NCBI GenBank assembly: GCA_046330055.1
Contig: JAXLTM010000008.1
Span: forward strand, 12,182 to 76,181
DNA length: 64,000 nucleotides
Source: Bacteroidia bacterium
GTDB lineage: Bacteria > Bacteroidota > Bacteroidia > AKYH767-A > 2013-40CM-41-45
Direction of reading: 5' to 3'
A program made the position numbers and the translations under genes. The notes below the pieces were generated by a model. The model ran no database searches and was not told the origin of the DNA. It worked only from the letters and a program-made list of their open reading frames with translations. Below, one piece after another: positions 29,752-39,963 of the stretch. The first letter of the stretch is position 1; each line of letters starts with the position of its first letter.

Positions 29752-30266
29752 GCTTTTTCAGGTTGTTTTTTAAGTGCAATCACAATACAGCCGATCATCG
29801 CTGCCAATAACAGCACCGATATCAATTCAAATGGCAGTGCATATCCGCCTGTTTCAACAGACAGCAGTTTTCTTCCGATCCCTTTCATCGAAGTATCCAT
29901 TACTCCTACGCTCTCGCCAAATGTAGCATGAGCGAGGAAATGTGCTATGAAAGCAAATCCACCCAGTGCCAAAGCGAGTGCAATGTATTTTCTTGAAGTA
30001 ACAGCCGGAGGTAAATCTTTACCGGTTTGCTGCGTGAGGAAAATCGAGAAAATGATCAGCACTACGATACCACCAATATAAACGATGACTTGCACTGCTG
30101 CCAGGAATTCAACATCCATCCACAGATACAAGGCTGCAATACCCATCAAAGAGAATAACAACCAGATCGCACTGCGGAAAATTTTACGCGATGTAACGGC
30201 CAGCAATCCGAAAACCAGGAGAAATGCCGAGATGGCATAAAAAGATATGACTGATGAATTCATCAT
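29748..30266 (-). CDS. nuoJ: NADH-quinone oxidoreductase subunit J
   Basis: 172 aa, polytopic, in the conserved position, with overlapping stops and starts. Confidence 0.8.
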   Translation of the reverse strand: MMNSSVISFYAISAFLLVFGLLAVTSRKIFRSAIWLLFSLMGIAALYLWMDVEFLAAVQVIVYIGGIVVLIIFSIFLTQQTGKDLPPAVTSRKYIALALALGGFAFIAHFLAHATFGESVGVMDTSMKGIGRKLLSVETGGYALPFELISVLLLAAMIGCIVIALKKQPEKA

Positions 30267-30742
30267 TCGACGCCCTCCATCAGTTTTGAGCCTGACTGAT
30301 TCAGAACTTTCGTCAATTCGGCACGATTGTACACACTGTGTTCAAAGCCCTGACCCATTTTTATCGCTCCCGTCGGACACGCATCCACGCACAGATTGCA
30401 GAGCGTACACAATTCGAGGTGATAGATAAATGTATCCAGTGCCTTTTTCTTTTTACCTTCAGGAGTCACATCAAACTTGGTGATGATCTTAATCGTTCCA
30501 TTCGGACAAGCCAGTTCACACGCAGTGCATCCGGTGCATCGGTGTTCGTTGCTTTCGGTATGTGGCATGATCACCTCCCCTTTGAATCGTTCCGGCAAAT
30601 TCAGCGTGTTTCGATTTTCCGGATATTCCTGAGTGATGATTTCCTTATGGTGAGTAAAATAATATCCCGTACGCTTCATCCCCGTGAGTAATGATTTCAC
30701 GGATGAAAAAACAGTGGAGATATATTCAGATAAAAATCCCAT
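30263..30742 (-). CDS. nuoI: NADH-quinone oxidoreductase subunit I (2x[4Fe-4S] ferredoxin)
   Basis: Two CxxCxxCxxxCP motifs (CTGCTACELACP, CTLCNLCVDACP). Start moved to the Met at 30742, downstream of the nuoH stop. Confidence 0.85.
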   Translation of the reverse strand: MGFLSEYISTVFSSVKSLLTGMKRTGYYFTHHKEIITQEYPENRNTLNLPERFKGEVIMPHTESNEHRCTGCTACELACPNGTIKIITKFDVTPEGKKKKALDTFIYHLELCTLCNLCVDACPTGAIKMGQGFEHSVYNRAELTKVLNQSGSKLMEGVE

Positions 30743-30756
30743 TCCTTTTTTTATTG

Positions 30757-31848
30757 TCAGAAATGCCAGCCCATGATCGCCACGAATGTCATCAGGATGA
30801 GATTCAGAAGTGATATTGGGAGCAGATATTTCCATTCAAGATTTAATAATTGATCAATGCGGAGTCGCGGGAAAGTCCAGCGGAACCACATAATGACGAA
30901 GATCAGGAAGAATACTTTTCCAATGAACCAAACCGATGAAGGAATGAAGTCCATAATGTGATTGAAACCTTCCCAATGTCCGATATGAAACGGCATCCAT
31001 CCTCCGAGAAATAAGGTTGCACCAATGGCGCAGGCAATAAAGATGTTTACGTATTCAGAAAGGAAGAAGAATGCGAATTTCATTCCTGAGTATTCGGTGT
31101 GGAAACCGGCCGTTAACTCAGACTCGGCTTCAGCCATATCAAACGGTGCACGATTGGTTTCGGCAGTAATTGCAATAATGAAAATGACGAAGGCAATCAA
31201 TGCAGGAATGTGGCCTTTGAATAACCACCAGCCATCGGCCTGACTATTAATGATCTCAGAAATCTTCAAACTTCCGGTCAGAATCACAATGGTGAGAATC
31301 GACAAACCTGCCGACAACTCATAACTTACGATCTGTGCACCACTTCGCATCGCTCCAAGAAGCGAGTACTTATTATTACTTGACCAGCCGGCCATGAGAA
31401 TTCCGATAACGGCAATGGATGAAACAGCGGATACATAGAGCACGCCGATGTTCATATCCCAAATCTGGAAATTCTTTGCAAAAGCAATCGGTGCCATTAA
31501 CAACATTGCACCAATCATAACGATGAATGGAGCAAGATTGAATAAAAATTTATCTGCACCATCAGGAGTGAATCCTTCTTTTACAACAAGCTTCACCGTA
31601 TCAGCTACGGTTTGAAAAATTCCTTTCGGCCCTACTCTGTTCGGACCAAGCCGCAACTGCATGTAGGCAGAAACTTTTCGCTCCATGAATACAAGCACTA
31701 ATCCAAGAACTGCAAACAAACCAAGCACCATCAGTCCGATGATGACCAGTTCAGTCAGCGTAGTCAGAGCAGGCGACAAATGCGTGCTCAGGACCTGATG
31801 TACTTTGGATGATATGCCTTCTAAACTCCACATAGAATTAACGATCAA
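30757..31848 (-). CDS. nuoH: NADH-quinone oxidoreductase subunit H
   Basis: 363 aa with NuoH/ND1 motifs (RKVSAYMQLRLGPNRVGP, FDMAEAESEL). Confidence 0.9.
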   Translation of the reverse strand: MIVNSMWSLEGISSKVHQVLSTHLSPALTTLTELVIIGLMVLGLFAVLGLVLVFMERKVSAYMQLRLGPNRVGPKGIFQTVADTVKLVVKEGFTPDGADKFLFNLAPFIVMIGAMLLMAPIAFAKNFQIWDMNIGVLYVSAVSSIAVIGILMAGWSSNNKYSLLGAMRSGAQIVSYELSAGLSILTIVILTGSLKISEIINSQADGWWLFKGHIPALIAFVIFIIAITAETNRAPFDMAEAESELTAGFHTEYSGMKFAFFFLSEYVNIFIACAIGATLFLGGWMPFHIGHWEGFNHIMDFIPSSVWFIGKVFFLIFVIMWFRWTFPRLRIDQLLNLEWKYLLPISLLNLILMTFVAIMGWHF

Positions 31849-32959
31849 TATCAGGAATCACCAAATCAAGTGTTCCCATAATAGCCACCATGTCACCAAT
31901 TTTATTTCCGCGCACCATGGTATCGAGTGCGGAAAGATTACTGAATCCCGGTGAACGGAAGCGAATACGATAAGGTGTTGTTCCGCCTTCGCTGATAATA
32001 TATACACCGAGATCACCGCGCGCAGTTTCTACTCTTTGCAGGTATTCACCTTTCGGAAGTTTCAATACTGCCTTGGTCTTTCCCTGAAAATCTCCTTCAG
32101 GAATTCCATCTATTAATTGTTCGATGATGGAAATGGATTCACGCATTTCTTGCATACGAACCAGATACCTTGCATATGAATCACAACCGGTTTCAATAAT
32201 TTCCCGGAATTTCACCTGACTGTACACATCATAAGGATACAGCTTTCTTACATCGCAGGAAACACCCGATCCGCGCGCTACAGGTCCTGAACAACCGTAT
32301 GAAATTGCATCTTCTTTCGAAAGCATACCGACATTCTGCATACGCGCCTTGAAGATGACGTTACCGGTAACCAATTCATCGTATTCATCAATTTTGGTTT
32401 TGAAGAAACGGAGAAATTCCTTCGTCCCCTTTACAAAGTCGGGATGAATATCCTGCATTACTCCACCGGGCACAACATAATTCATGGTAAGACGTGCACC
32501 GCAGGTTTGCTCCATGATGTCGTTGATCATCTCTCTTTCACGGAAAGCGTGAAAGAACGGCGTGATCGCACCAACATCCATGGCAATTGCTCCCCACCAT
32601 AATTGATGAGACGCCAAACGGGTAAGTTCATCGAGAATAACACGAATGTACTGGGCACGTTGCGGCACTTCAATCTGAAGCCCCTTTTCAACGGCAAGTG
32701 CACAGGCGTGATTATTAATATGAGAAGAAAGATAATCCATCCGCGAAGTGACGTAGATGAACTGACGGTACGTCAGACTCTCGCACATCTTTTCAATACT
32801 ACGATGAATGTATCCTAAGTGAGGTTCTACCTTTTTAACCGTTTCACCATTCAAAGTGATTACCAGATGCAAAACGCCATGCGTAGCAGGATGCTGCGGA
32901 CCTACATTTATAATGAGATCACCGGTATCAGTTGTTCCTACTTCCTGAAAATCGAACAT
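31838..32959 (-). CDS. nuoD: NADH-quinone oxidoreductase subunit D
   Basis: 373 aa with 49-kDa subunit motifs (GPQHPATHGVL, LGYIHRSIEK), ending ...DLVIPDIDR. Confidence 0.9.
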   Translation of the reverse strand: MFDFQEVGTTDTGDLIINVGPQHPATHGVLHLVITLNGETVKKVEPHLGYIHRSIEKMCESLTYRQFIYVTSRMDYLSSHINNHACALAVEKGLQIEVPQRAQYIRVILDELTRLASHQLWWGAIAMDVGAITPFFHAFREREMINDIMEQTCGARLTMNYVVPGGVMQDIHPDFVKGTKEFLRFFKTKIDEYDELVTGNVIFKARMQNVGMLSKEDAISYGCSGPVARGSGVSCDVRKLYPYDVYSQVKFREIIETGCDSYARYLVRMQEMRESISIIEQLIDGIPEGDFQGKTKAVLKLPKGEYLQRVETARGDLGVYIISEGGTTPYRIRFRSPGFSNLSALDTMVRGNKIGDMVAIMGTLDLVIPDIDR

Positions 32960-32965
32960 CGTGTT

Positions 32966-33412
32966 TTACAGTTTAATCATATTAACCGGATCATCGTAGT
33001 CCTTGCGTAACGGCCAGCCTTGCCAGTCGTCAGTCAATAACAATCTTCGCAGATCAGGATGATGAATGAAACGAATGCCCATGAGATCGTATGCTTCACG
33101 TTCCTGTAATTCGGCCGTGCGCCAGATGTCACAAACAGTTTCTACTTCAGGGTTATCGCGGTTATCAATTTTTGCTTTCACAACCAGGCGATGACGAAAT
33201 TCCGTTGACTCGAAATGATAGACAACAGTGAAGTGCGTCTTCCAGTCAACAGCTGTGATGCAAAAGAGATAATCAAATTTCAATTCGGAATCATTCCGCA
33301 ACTCAATGGCAAGTGCACGGAATTTAGAAGCATCGACTTGCACGGAGAGAATCTCGCCGGTTTCGTCGATGACAGCTTCAGGGAAAAGTGCGGAGATTTT
33401 TTCTTTTAACAT
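32966..33412 (-). CDS. nuoC: NADH-quinone oxidoreductase subunit C
   Basis: 148 aa, 30-kDa subunit (EREAYDLMGIRFIHHPDLRRLL). Confidence 0.85.
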   Translation of the reverse strand: MLKEKISALFPEAVIDETGEILSVQVDASKFRALAIELRNDSELKFDYLFCITAVDWKTHFTVVYHFESTEFRHRLVVKAKIDNRDNPEVETVCDIWRTAELQEREAYDLMGIRFIHHPDLRRLLLTDDWQGWPLRKDYDDPVNMIKL

Positions 33413-33413
33413 C

Positions 33414-33923
33414 TTACTTTCCCTCCTTCACTTTCTGTTGTAAGGCAATGAGTGCATGCAGTAGTGCCTCCGGACGAGGAGGACAACCGGCCACATACAC
33501 ATCGACAGGAATTACGTGATCAGCGCCTTTGACAACTGAATACGTATTATAAAAGAATGGTCCGCCTGATGTTGCACAAGCGCCCATAGCAATTACATAT
33601 CTCGGTTCCGGCATCTGATCGTACAGTCGTTTCAGTACCGGAGCCATTTTATTTACTATCGTTCCGGCAATGATGATCACATCAGCCTGACGAGGAGTAG
33701 CGCGCGCTACTTCAAAACCAAAACGCGACCAGTCGTATTTTGCAGAAGCTGCCGACATCATTTCAATTGCACAACAACTCGTACCGAATACCAGTGGCCA
33801 GAGTGAATTGGAGCGTGCCCAGTTAATGACATCATCGAGCTTGCTGACGAGAATTCCGCCACCTGGTGTCGGATGAACCTGACCGGGAAATGTCGACTTC
33901 GGATCTTTTGTGTTTACATCCAT
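33414..33923 (-). CDS. nuoB: NADH-quinone oxidoreductase subunit B
   Basis: 169 aa. PSST subunit cysteines ([24 protein letters not shown]). Confidence 0.9.
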   Translation of the reverse strand: MDVNTKDPKSTFPGQVHPTPGGGILVSKLDDVINWARSNSLWPLVFGTSCCAIEMMSAASAKYDWSRFGFEVARATPRQADVIIIAGTIVNKMAPVLKRLYDQMPEPRYVIAMGACATSGGPFFYNTYSVVKGADHVIPVDVYVAGCPPRPEALLHALIALQQKVKEGK

Positions 33924-34264
33924 TTCAATGCACCTTTCTTATGCGCGTACAAAAATCCGAGGAAGAGTATGAAAAAGAAAACCAGAATTTCAATCAATGC
34001 AGGTATACCCAGTTCCTTCACAACTACAGCCCACGGATACAGGAAGACCAATTCAACATCAAAAATCAAAAAGAGCAGAGCGAAGAGATAATAGCCGACG
34101 TTGAACTGAATCCATGATTGTCCGATCGTTGGTACACCACATTCGTAAGGCTGACCTTTCTGAGCATTGGTGGATTTACGGGAAAGAAGATTGGAAACTA
34201 TGATTCCTCCTCCGGCAAAAGCCACTCCGCAAAGGATCAGGAGAAGTAAGGAAATTGCACCCAT
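33914..34264 (-). CDS. nuoA: NADH-quinone oxidoreductase subunit A
   Basis: The 3-TM ND3-like protein ends ...HKKGALKWM. Start placed at MGAISLLLL (34264) because a -7 box covers the upstream TTG used by the ORF track. Confidence 0.8.
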   Translation of the reverse strand: MGAISLLLLILCGVAFAGGGIIVSNLLSRKSTNAQKGQPYECGVPTIGQSWIQFNVGYYLFALLFLIFDVELVFLYPWAVVVKELGIPALIEILVFFFILFLGFLYAHKKGALKWM

Positions 34265-34294
34265 AGGCCGAAAAATTCCACTTTTTTGAGGCTT

Positions 34295-34302
34295 CAAACC
34301 TA
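34295..34302 (-). promoter_or_regulatory. Candidate -7 box TAGGTTTG (minus strand) for the nuo operon
   Basis: The reverse complement of caaaccta matches TAnnTTTG, about 30 nt upstream of the nuoA ATG. Confidence 0.45.
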
Positions 34303-35003
34303 CATGCTATTTTTTAAAATAACAATAGAAAAGATCATATAAGAATCCACCGAATCCTTCAATGCTGCGTGATAAAAGTCATTCAAAGGTTGGGCAGGTA
34401 AAACTCTGTTTGTTTGACTACTCCTCACTCTTAACTAAGAGTCAAGCAATTACGGACACATTCACAGCATGGCCCTATCCTTCCGCGTTTGAATTCAGCT
34501 TTAGCAGACTTAAAGTGTCAGCACTCCATGCAAAATAGTTTCAAAAAAATCTTGAAGAAGCAGGCCGCCTGAAACGGAACAGGCGTACTTCTTAAGTGGA
34601 ATTGAAAGAAGTGGAGGAAGCTCGCGGTCTGTCCGCACTGCTTCTACTTCTGTGCATCCAACGCGGAAAACTATTTAATTTCAAAAATTCCGAATTAGAT
34701 CTAAGCTATCAGATTTCATTTCTTAGTTTTTTTTCTCGTCAAATGAAGCATGGAAAAAATCATTGCCTCAGTACTATTTTTGCAAAGGTCATATGATAAT
34801 AATTGACCGGGGCCTATAGGTTTGCCATCGAGCTTTTTATTTATACTCATTCGTTTTTCCTTCTCATCCAAAGGAAGATGTAGTTTTCGCTTTTTACTAT
34901 AATCGGCACACTACTCATTTTTTTCAATAACTATTTGCATATGTTGAAAATAATTCTATCTTTACTTGTATGGTGATTTTTCCATACATAAAATCTAATT
35001 ATT

Positions 35004-35243
35004 ATGACTCTTTTACGAGAAAATCCGCGGGTCGCCCGCGAAGTTGTCATGACAAATGGCAAAGAAACATTGGTAAAGTTCATCGTCGTCGCTGATGGCA
35101 TGGACCAACAGAACATCGCACTCGCTAAACGCGCACTGCGTCAAGAGGTCGAGAAGTTCAAGGATACGGTCGGGAAACCGTTCAACGGCTACGCTGGGGA
35201 AGAGAATCCGTTCGTCTACTTTGTGTTGCATGACAACATGTAA
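35004..35243 (+). CDS. Hypothetical 79-aa protein
   Basis: ORF with clearly higher GC than its surroundings, followed 8 nt later by a strong intrinsic terminator. No family was recognised. Confidence 0.45.
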   Translation: MTLLRENPRVAREVVMTNGKETLVKFIVVADGMDQQNIALAKRALRQEVEKFKDTVGKPFNGYAGEENPFVYFVLHDNM

Positions 35244-35250
35244 CAAAAAA

Positions 35251-35283
35251 ATCCCGTCAGAGAATCTCCTGACGGGATTTTTG
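35251..35283. terminator. Bidirectional intrinsic terminator (ATCCCGTCAG-8 nt-CTGACGGGAT, A7 upstream, T5 downstream)
   Basis: Perfect 10-bp stem flanked by an A-run and a T-run. Confidence 0.75.
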
Positions 35284-35573
35284 TAAGCTAAGACGATCAA
35301 TATACTACATACTTTCATTCAGCATCACCCTTTAAACCGCACTATCTTGTCGTGCTGTTCCCGCAGCAGGCGGTTGAGCTCCTCCAGAGCCTCTTGTTGG
35401 TCCGCGATCTTCTCCTTCATTTTTCCGATGAACCCGTTCTTGACAGAGCCGAAGAATTGAAGAAGCCGGTTTGCTGAAACAAAACAAGCGTACTTCTGAC
35501 TTAGGTAAGCCAGAAATACGCCTGTTAATTTAAATTGAGATAAATGATAATTGCCTTTTGTAGAGAAGCCTGA

Positions 35574-36035
35574 TTATCTCATTCCTGCCATGATAAGAGC
35601 GAAAATTGCGATCACAAGGTATAAGCTCAGAATAACGATTGTCAGAATTCCGAAGAACCTGAAATTCGATTTCAACCAACGGAAAGCTTGTGTCATTTGC
35701 TCTGTATTTCTGGAATCAATGGCTGTTTGCGCATTTACTGAGAATCTGTAGAGATAAAGGCAAGGGAAAAAATACAGCAAGGAAAAGAGTATATAAACAA
35801 AACCTACCAGTCCTCCCATTCCCGCTGCTCCAAGAGCTCCGCCACCACCCATTGTACCAAGCATACTGCCGGCAAAGATTCCGCCGAGTATCATTATTGC
35901 GCAAAAAATAAATCCTAAAATGGCAAAGAACTTTGCCCACTTTGCTGTTTGACGAATGTAATCTAATGCATCCAGCGACAAGCCAATTTCAGCAGAACCG
36001 GATTTCATTTGTTGATCTAAAACATTATTTTCCAT
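35574..36035 (-). CDS. Hypothetical integral membrane protein (4 TM, Gly-rich loop)
   Basis: 153 aa of hydrophobic segments with GTMGGGGALGAAGMGG. No confident family call. Confidence 0.55.
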   Translation of the reverse strand: MENNVLDQQMKSGSAEIGLSLDALDYIRQTAKWAKFFAILGFIFCAIMILGGIFAGSMLGTMGGGGALGAAGMGGLVGFVYILFSLLYFFPCLYLYRFSVNAQTAIDSRNTEQMTQAFRWLKSNFRFFGILTIVILSLYLVIAIFALIMAGMR

Positions 36036-36186
36036 GTGGTGTTTATTTTAAAGTTTGGCTAAAACTATAAAGAAAATTATAAAGTACAAGCATCTTATTT
36101 TTCGGCCTCCTCTATAAAAGAACTTCTGAATAAAGGCGAAAACCTGAATGAAAGTTTAGTGTCTTGTTTTTCCTATCTTCGTCAGC

Positions 36187-36648
36187 ATGTCTACTGATAT
36201 AATCGACTCCTTCACTTCCATCGAACCGCCTTATAAGCGGAATCTGCCCGCTTCAAACACAAAGCGCTTTCTGAATTACCTCATCGACACTATTGCATTT
36301 TATGTAATTGCTCTTATCGGTGCCGTTTACTTCCAGCTGCGAAACGGCGAACTCACCATGCCTGAAGTATACGGACTTACAGCCTTGTCCATCATCATCT
36401 ATTATTTTCCTCTCGAAGCTCAGTCCGGAAAAACGCTCGGTAAACTGATTACCGGTACACGCGTGGTCACTGTTGAAGGAAATATCCCTACCTGGCAAAA
36501 CATTCTCGGCCGTACTCTTTGTCGATTCATCCCCTTCGATAATTTTTCTTTCCTTTTCACTACCGGCTTTCATGATAATTTTTCGAAAACAATCGTGGTT
36601 GACGAAAAGAAATTCGTTGAAGAAGCTGATAGTTGGGGACGTAATTAA
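36187..36648 (+). CDS. RDD-family membrane protein
   Basis: 153 aa with an RDD-type core (RFLNYLIDTIAFYVIALI ... GKTLGKLITGTRVV). Confidence 0.7.
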   Translation: MSTDIIDSFTSIEPPYKRNLPASNTKRFLNYLIDTIAFYVIALIGAVYFQLRNGELTMPEVYGLTALSIIIYYFPLEAQSGKTLGKLITGTRVVTVEGNIPTWQNILGRTLCRFIPFDNFSFLFTTGFHDNFSKTIVVDEKKFVEEADSWGRN

Positions 36649-36669
36649 ATAATTCGCTAAGTATTTGAA

Positions 36670-37401
36670 TTATCTTGTTAAAACAATATAATCCCTGATC
36701 AGCCCCTGTAAAAACGAAACCGGACTACCTTCAACGACGGTAATATTCAATCGTTTTCGGAGTATGGATGAAAGTTCGGCGAGGGCCTGAGCATGAGCCT
36801 GATTGGGATATTTGACATATTGATCAATCGCTGATTTAATAATCAACATCTCCTTCTCCGACATTTGTAACACTTCGCGGTATTTAGGCGGCGAATCGGA
36901 AATGGTGCGCATACGCTCGAGTTGCTTTAAGCCGAAGAGTTGCCCTTTTAACTTGACCTTGATTACTGTTGTATTGGCAAGAATATCGCCCAGTCGTTGA
37001 CTTCGTGTGGTTGAATTCACCATCACCGTACCCAAAACCCCTAATGAAAAGTAGATATCGATGACTCTGAATGCCCACCGGATAAGATAATCTGAAATGC
37101 GCGCTTCCGTTCCGTTCACTTTCACCACTTTTATTCCCAACACGCGCTTGCCTATACTCGTGCCGTTTCCTCTGATTTCTGAAACCAGTGAATAAAAGAA
37201 CAGCACAGGGAGGATGGAAAAGTACTCTTTATATTCGCTAAGATAAGGACCGAATAGAGTTCCGTAAATGATACTCAAGACTAACATGATGATGAGCATT
37301 ACAAGAATATCAACCAACAATGCCAGGCCCCGTTCTTTTACATCGGCAAGCGTGTATTCAATGGTGACATTTTGTGCTGTCCGTATCTCAAGAGTTCTCA
37401 T
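36670..37401 (-). CDS. RDD-family membrane protein with a C-terminal soluble extension
   Basis: 243 aa (RGLALLVDILVMLII ... TSIGKRVLGIKVV). It is divergent from the SpoIIM-like operon. Confidence 0.7.
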   Translation of the reverse strand: MRTLEIRTAQNVTIEYTLADVKERGLALLVDILVMLIIMLVLSIIYGTLFGPYLSEYKEYFSILPVLFFYSLVSEIRGNGTSIGKRVLGIKVVKVNGTEARISDYLIRWAFRVIDIYFSLGVLGTVMVNSTTRSQRLGDILANTTVIKVKLKGQLFGLKQLERMRTISDSPPKYREVLQMSEKEMLIIKSAIDQYVKYPNQAHAQALAELSSILRKRLNITVVEGSPVSFLQGLIRDYIVLTR

Positions 37402-37471
37402 CCAAAAATATTCTTTACATTTAGGGCAATTCTGACAACTTTCTACAGCTGAACCGGAAGATTACCACTTT

Positions 37472-39277
37472 ATGAAGGAAACGAATTTCATCGACCAAAA
37501 TAAGGATAAATGGCAGGAACTGGAAACACTTTTAAAGAAGAACGAAAAGATCCTGACAAACTTTCCAGTCTCTTTATTAAAGTTTCCGATGACCTTTCTT
37601 ATGCACGCACCTTTTATCCGAACCGTTATGTAAGGAGTTTATCTGAACGATCTTGCTCAGCAACTCTTTCATTCCCTTTACAAGAATAAGAAAAATAAAT
37701 CCAATCGCTTCTTTCTGTTCTGGAAAGAACAACTGCCTGATTTAATGTACAGCGTGAGAAAAGAATTACTCACCTGTCTGGTCATCTTCATCATTTCTGT
37801 TGTCATCGGTGTGTTTTCAATGCGTCACGATCCGGGATTTGCAAGAATCATACTCGGCGACAGTTATATTAAGATGACGGAAGAAAACATCAGAAAGGGG
37901 GATCCGATGGGTGTGTATAAACAAAGTGAAGGAACCATTATGTTTCTTCAGATCGCAATAAACAACCTGCGTGTCGACTTTTACATTTTTGTGCTTGGTG
38001 TCGTTGTAGGAATTGGCTCGGTTTTCATGGTCATGTATAATGGAATTATGGTGGGAGTATTTCAGTACTTCTTTTTCCGGGCCGGATTATTTCTGACATC
38101 GTTCCTTAGCATCTGGCTGCATGGAACACTGGAAATGTCGGCAATGATCATTGCCGGAGCCGCCGGAATTACCATGGGCAAAGGCCTTGTTTTTCCGGGA
38201 ACTTTCAGGCGAAATCAGTCTTTCTTTATAGGCACCAGGAAAGGAATTAAAATTCTCATCAGCACATTTCCGATAACGATTGTTGCCGCTTTGATCGAAA
38301 GCTACCTCACTCGTCATACTGAAATGCCTGCAGTGTGGAAAGGACTTCTCATTTTCGCCAGCTTCACCTTCATATTACTCTACTTTGTAATCTATCCTTA
38401 CCTGCGTCACAAACGCGGACACATGGCAACGATCGAAGAAGCCGATCTGCAGCCTGAGTCTACAGATACTTACGATTATCAGTCTGTTCAAAGCAGCGGT
38501 AATATCTTCAAGGAAGTCTTCAATTTCTTCCGTGACGACGGCGGAAAAATTCTTCGGATGTCATTAGGAGCCGGAATTGCAGCCACAGCTTTAACAGCGG
38601 CCATCAATCACTACATGGGTTATAACAGATCCATGACACAGTGGACTCCGCTGATTTCTATTTTTCATTATGGCTTATTCCCTCCCGCTTATTTTATTAA
38701 TACCATTTTTCTTGCACTCATCTTTTACTACACTTCACTCTTTATTTGCCGAAGGGAAAATCGAGCCTTCAGAACCGGACGATTTACTATCCTGCAAACA
38801 ATACTATTCAGTGCATTGATCAATCTGATCCCATACACTCCATTGTGGGCAATTCTTCTTATCTTGATTTTTCTCGGACCAATGCTTTTTCTCTGGTATG
38901 GCCAGTTCTATTATCATCGGACTAATCTGTTCAAAGGACTTTTCAAATCCTACAAATTATTTTCCGCTACTGTGCTGACGTGTTACGGCAATTACTTTCT
39001 GTTACTTCTCACTGCCACATTAGGCTTTTTGATTTTACAATCACCGTTACTCGCATTTTACATTGCCATCATACAGTGGAATTATACCGGCGACGATGCT
39101 TCTGCCAAATTATTCGGTCATCTGATTGTCGACTTCACTTCCTATTTTGGTCTTGGAATTATAGTGCCGTTTCTGATCGCAGGAAACTTCCTGAACAGTT
39201 TTCATATCAATGAAATTGTAAGCGCCGGAGGATTGCTCAAAAAAATACGTTCACTTCAAATTGATCAGGAAAAATGA
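37472..39277 (+). pseudogene. SpoIIM-like (DUF95) membrane protein with an extra C-terminal polytopic domain; the 5' end is disrupted
   Basis: MKETNFIDQNKDKWQELETLLKKNEK reads in frame A. The conserved DPDKLSSLFIKVSDDLSYARTFYPNRYVR reads in frame B. The sequence then returns to frame A for VYLNDLAQQLF..., which continues into the 37745-39277 ORF. SpoIIM core motifs are present (YNGIMVGVF, WLHGTLEMSAMIIAGAAG). Confidence 0.6.
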
Positions 39278-39963
39278 AATGGGCAAGCACTCCGGGCATT
39301 CGTTTATTACTGATTTTATTAATCGGCTTTTCCCTGCTGATTACACCATCCTATATATCTGTTTCAGCAGCCGCTACTTCAAAAAATGAAATCAGCAAGT
39401 CAAGCTGGAAACAAAAAACAAGCGAATATAAATTTAAGCTTCCCCCCCGCCCTTCTCTTCCTAAAGACAGAAAGAAAATGGATTTCTCTTTTCTGGATGG
39501 TCTTTCCAAACCGCTTGGATATGTCCTGATCACTATCGTAGTAATCCTGCTTGTCTATTTCGTAATCAGAACGCTCATTGAAGCTCCTGATAAAAAGTTC
39601 AAAGATATAGCTTCAGAAACCGCTACTGATGACGATGAAATCACGATAGAATCTGACCTGGAAAGCTTGTTAAAAGAAGCACTCAATTCAGGGAATTACC
39701 GTGCTGCAATCAGAATTTATTATTTGAAAGCACTGAAATTACTCGGCGAAAAAAACATTGTCAGCCCGTCGAGAGAAAAAACCAACTTCGAATACCTTGT
39801 AGAAATCGGTCCGCATCCCGTGTTTAATCTTTTCAGGGAAATGACAATGATTTTCGAACGCAACTGGTTCGGGCGCGACATACCATCAGAAAGTACGCTG
39901 AATGATTATGCCGGAAAGCATAACAACCTACAGCAAATCATTCAAAGCAACGGGGAAAAATGA
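39274..39963 (+). CDS. DUF4129-domain membrane protein
   Basis: 229 aa with a signal/TM, a second TM, and a C-terminal segment ...YYLKALKLLGEKNIV...NWFGRD typical of DUF4129. Its ATGA overlaps the upstream gene. Confidence 0.6.
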   Translation: MKWASTPGIRLLLILLIGFSLLITPSYISVSAAATSKNEISKSSWKQKTSEYKFKLPPRPSLPKDRKKMDFSFLDGLSKPLGYVLITIVVILLVYFVIRTLIEAPDKKFKDIASETATDDDEITIESDLESLLKEALNSGNYRAAIRIYYLKALKLLGEKNIVSPSREKTNFEYLVEIGPHPVFNLFREMTMIFERNWFGRDIPSESTLNDYAGKHNNLQQIIQSNGEK

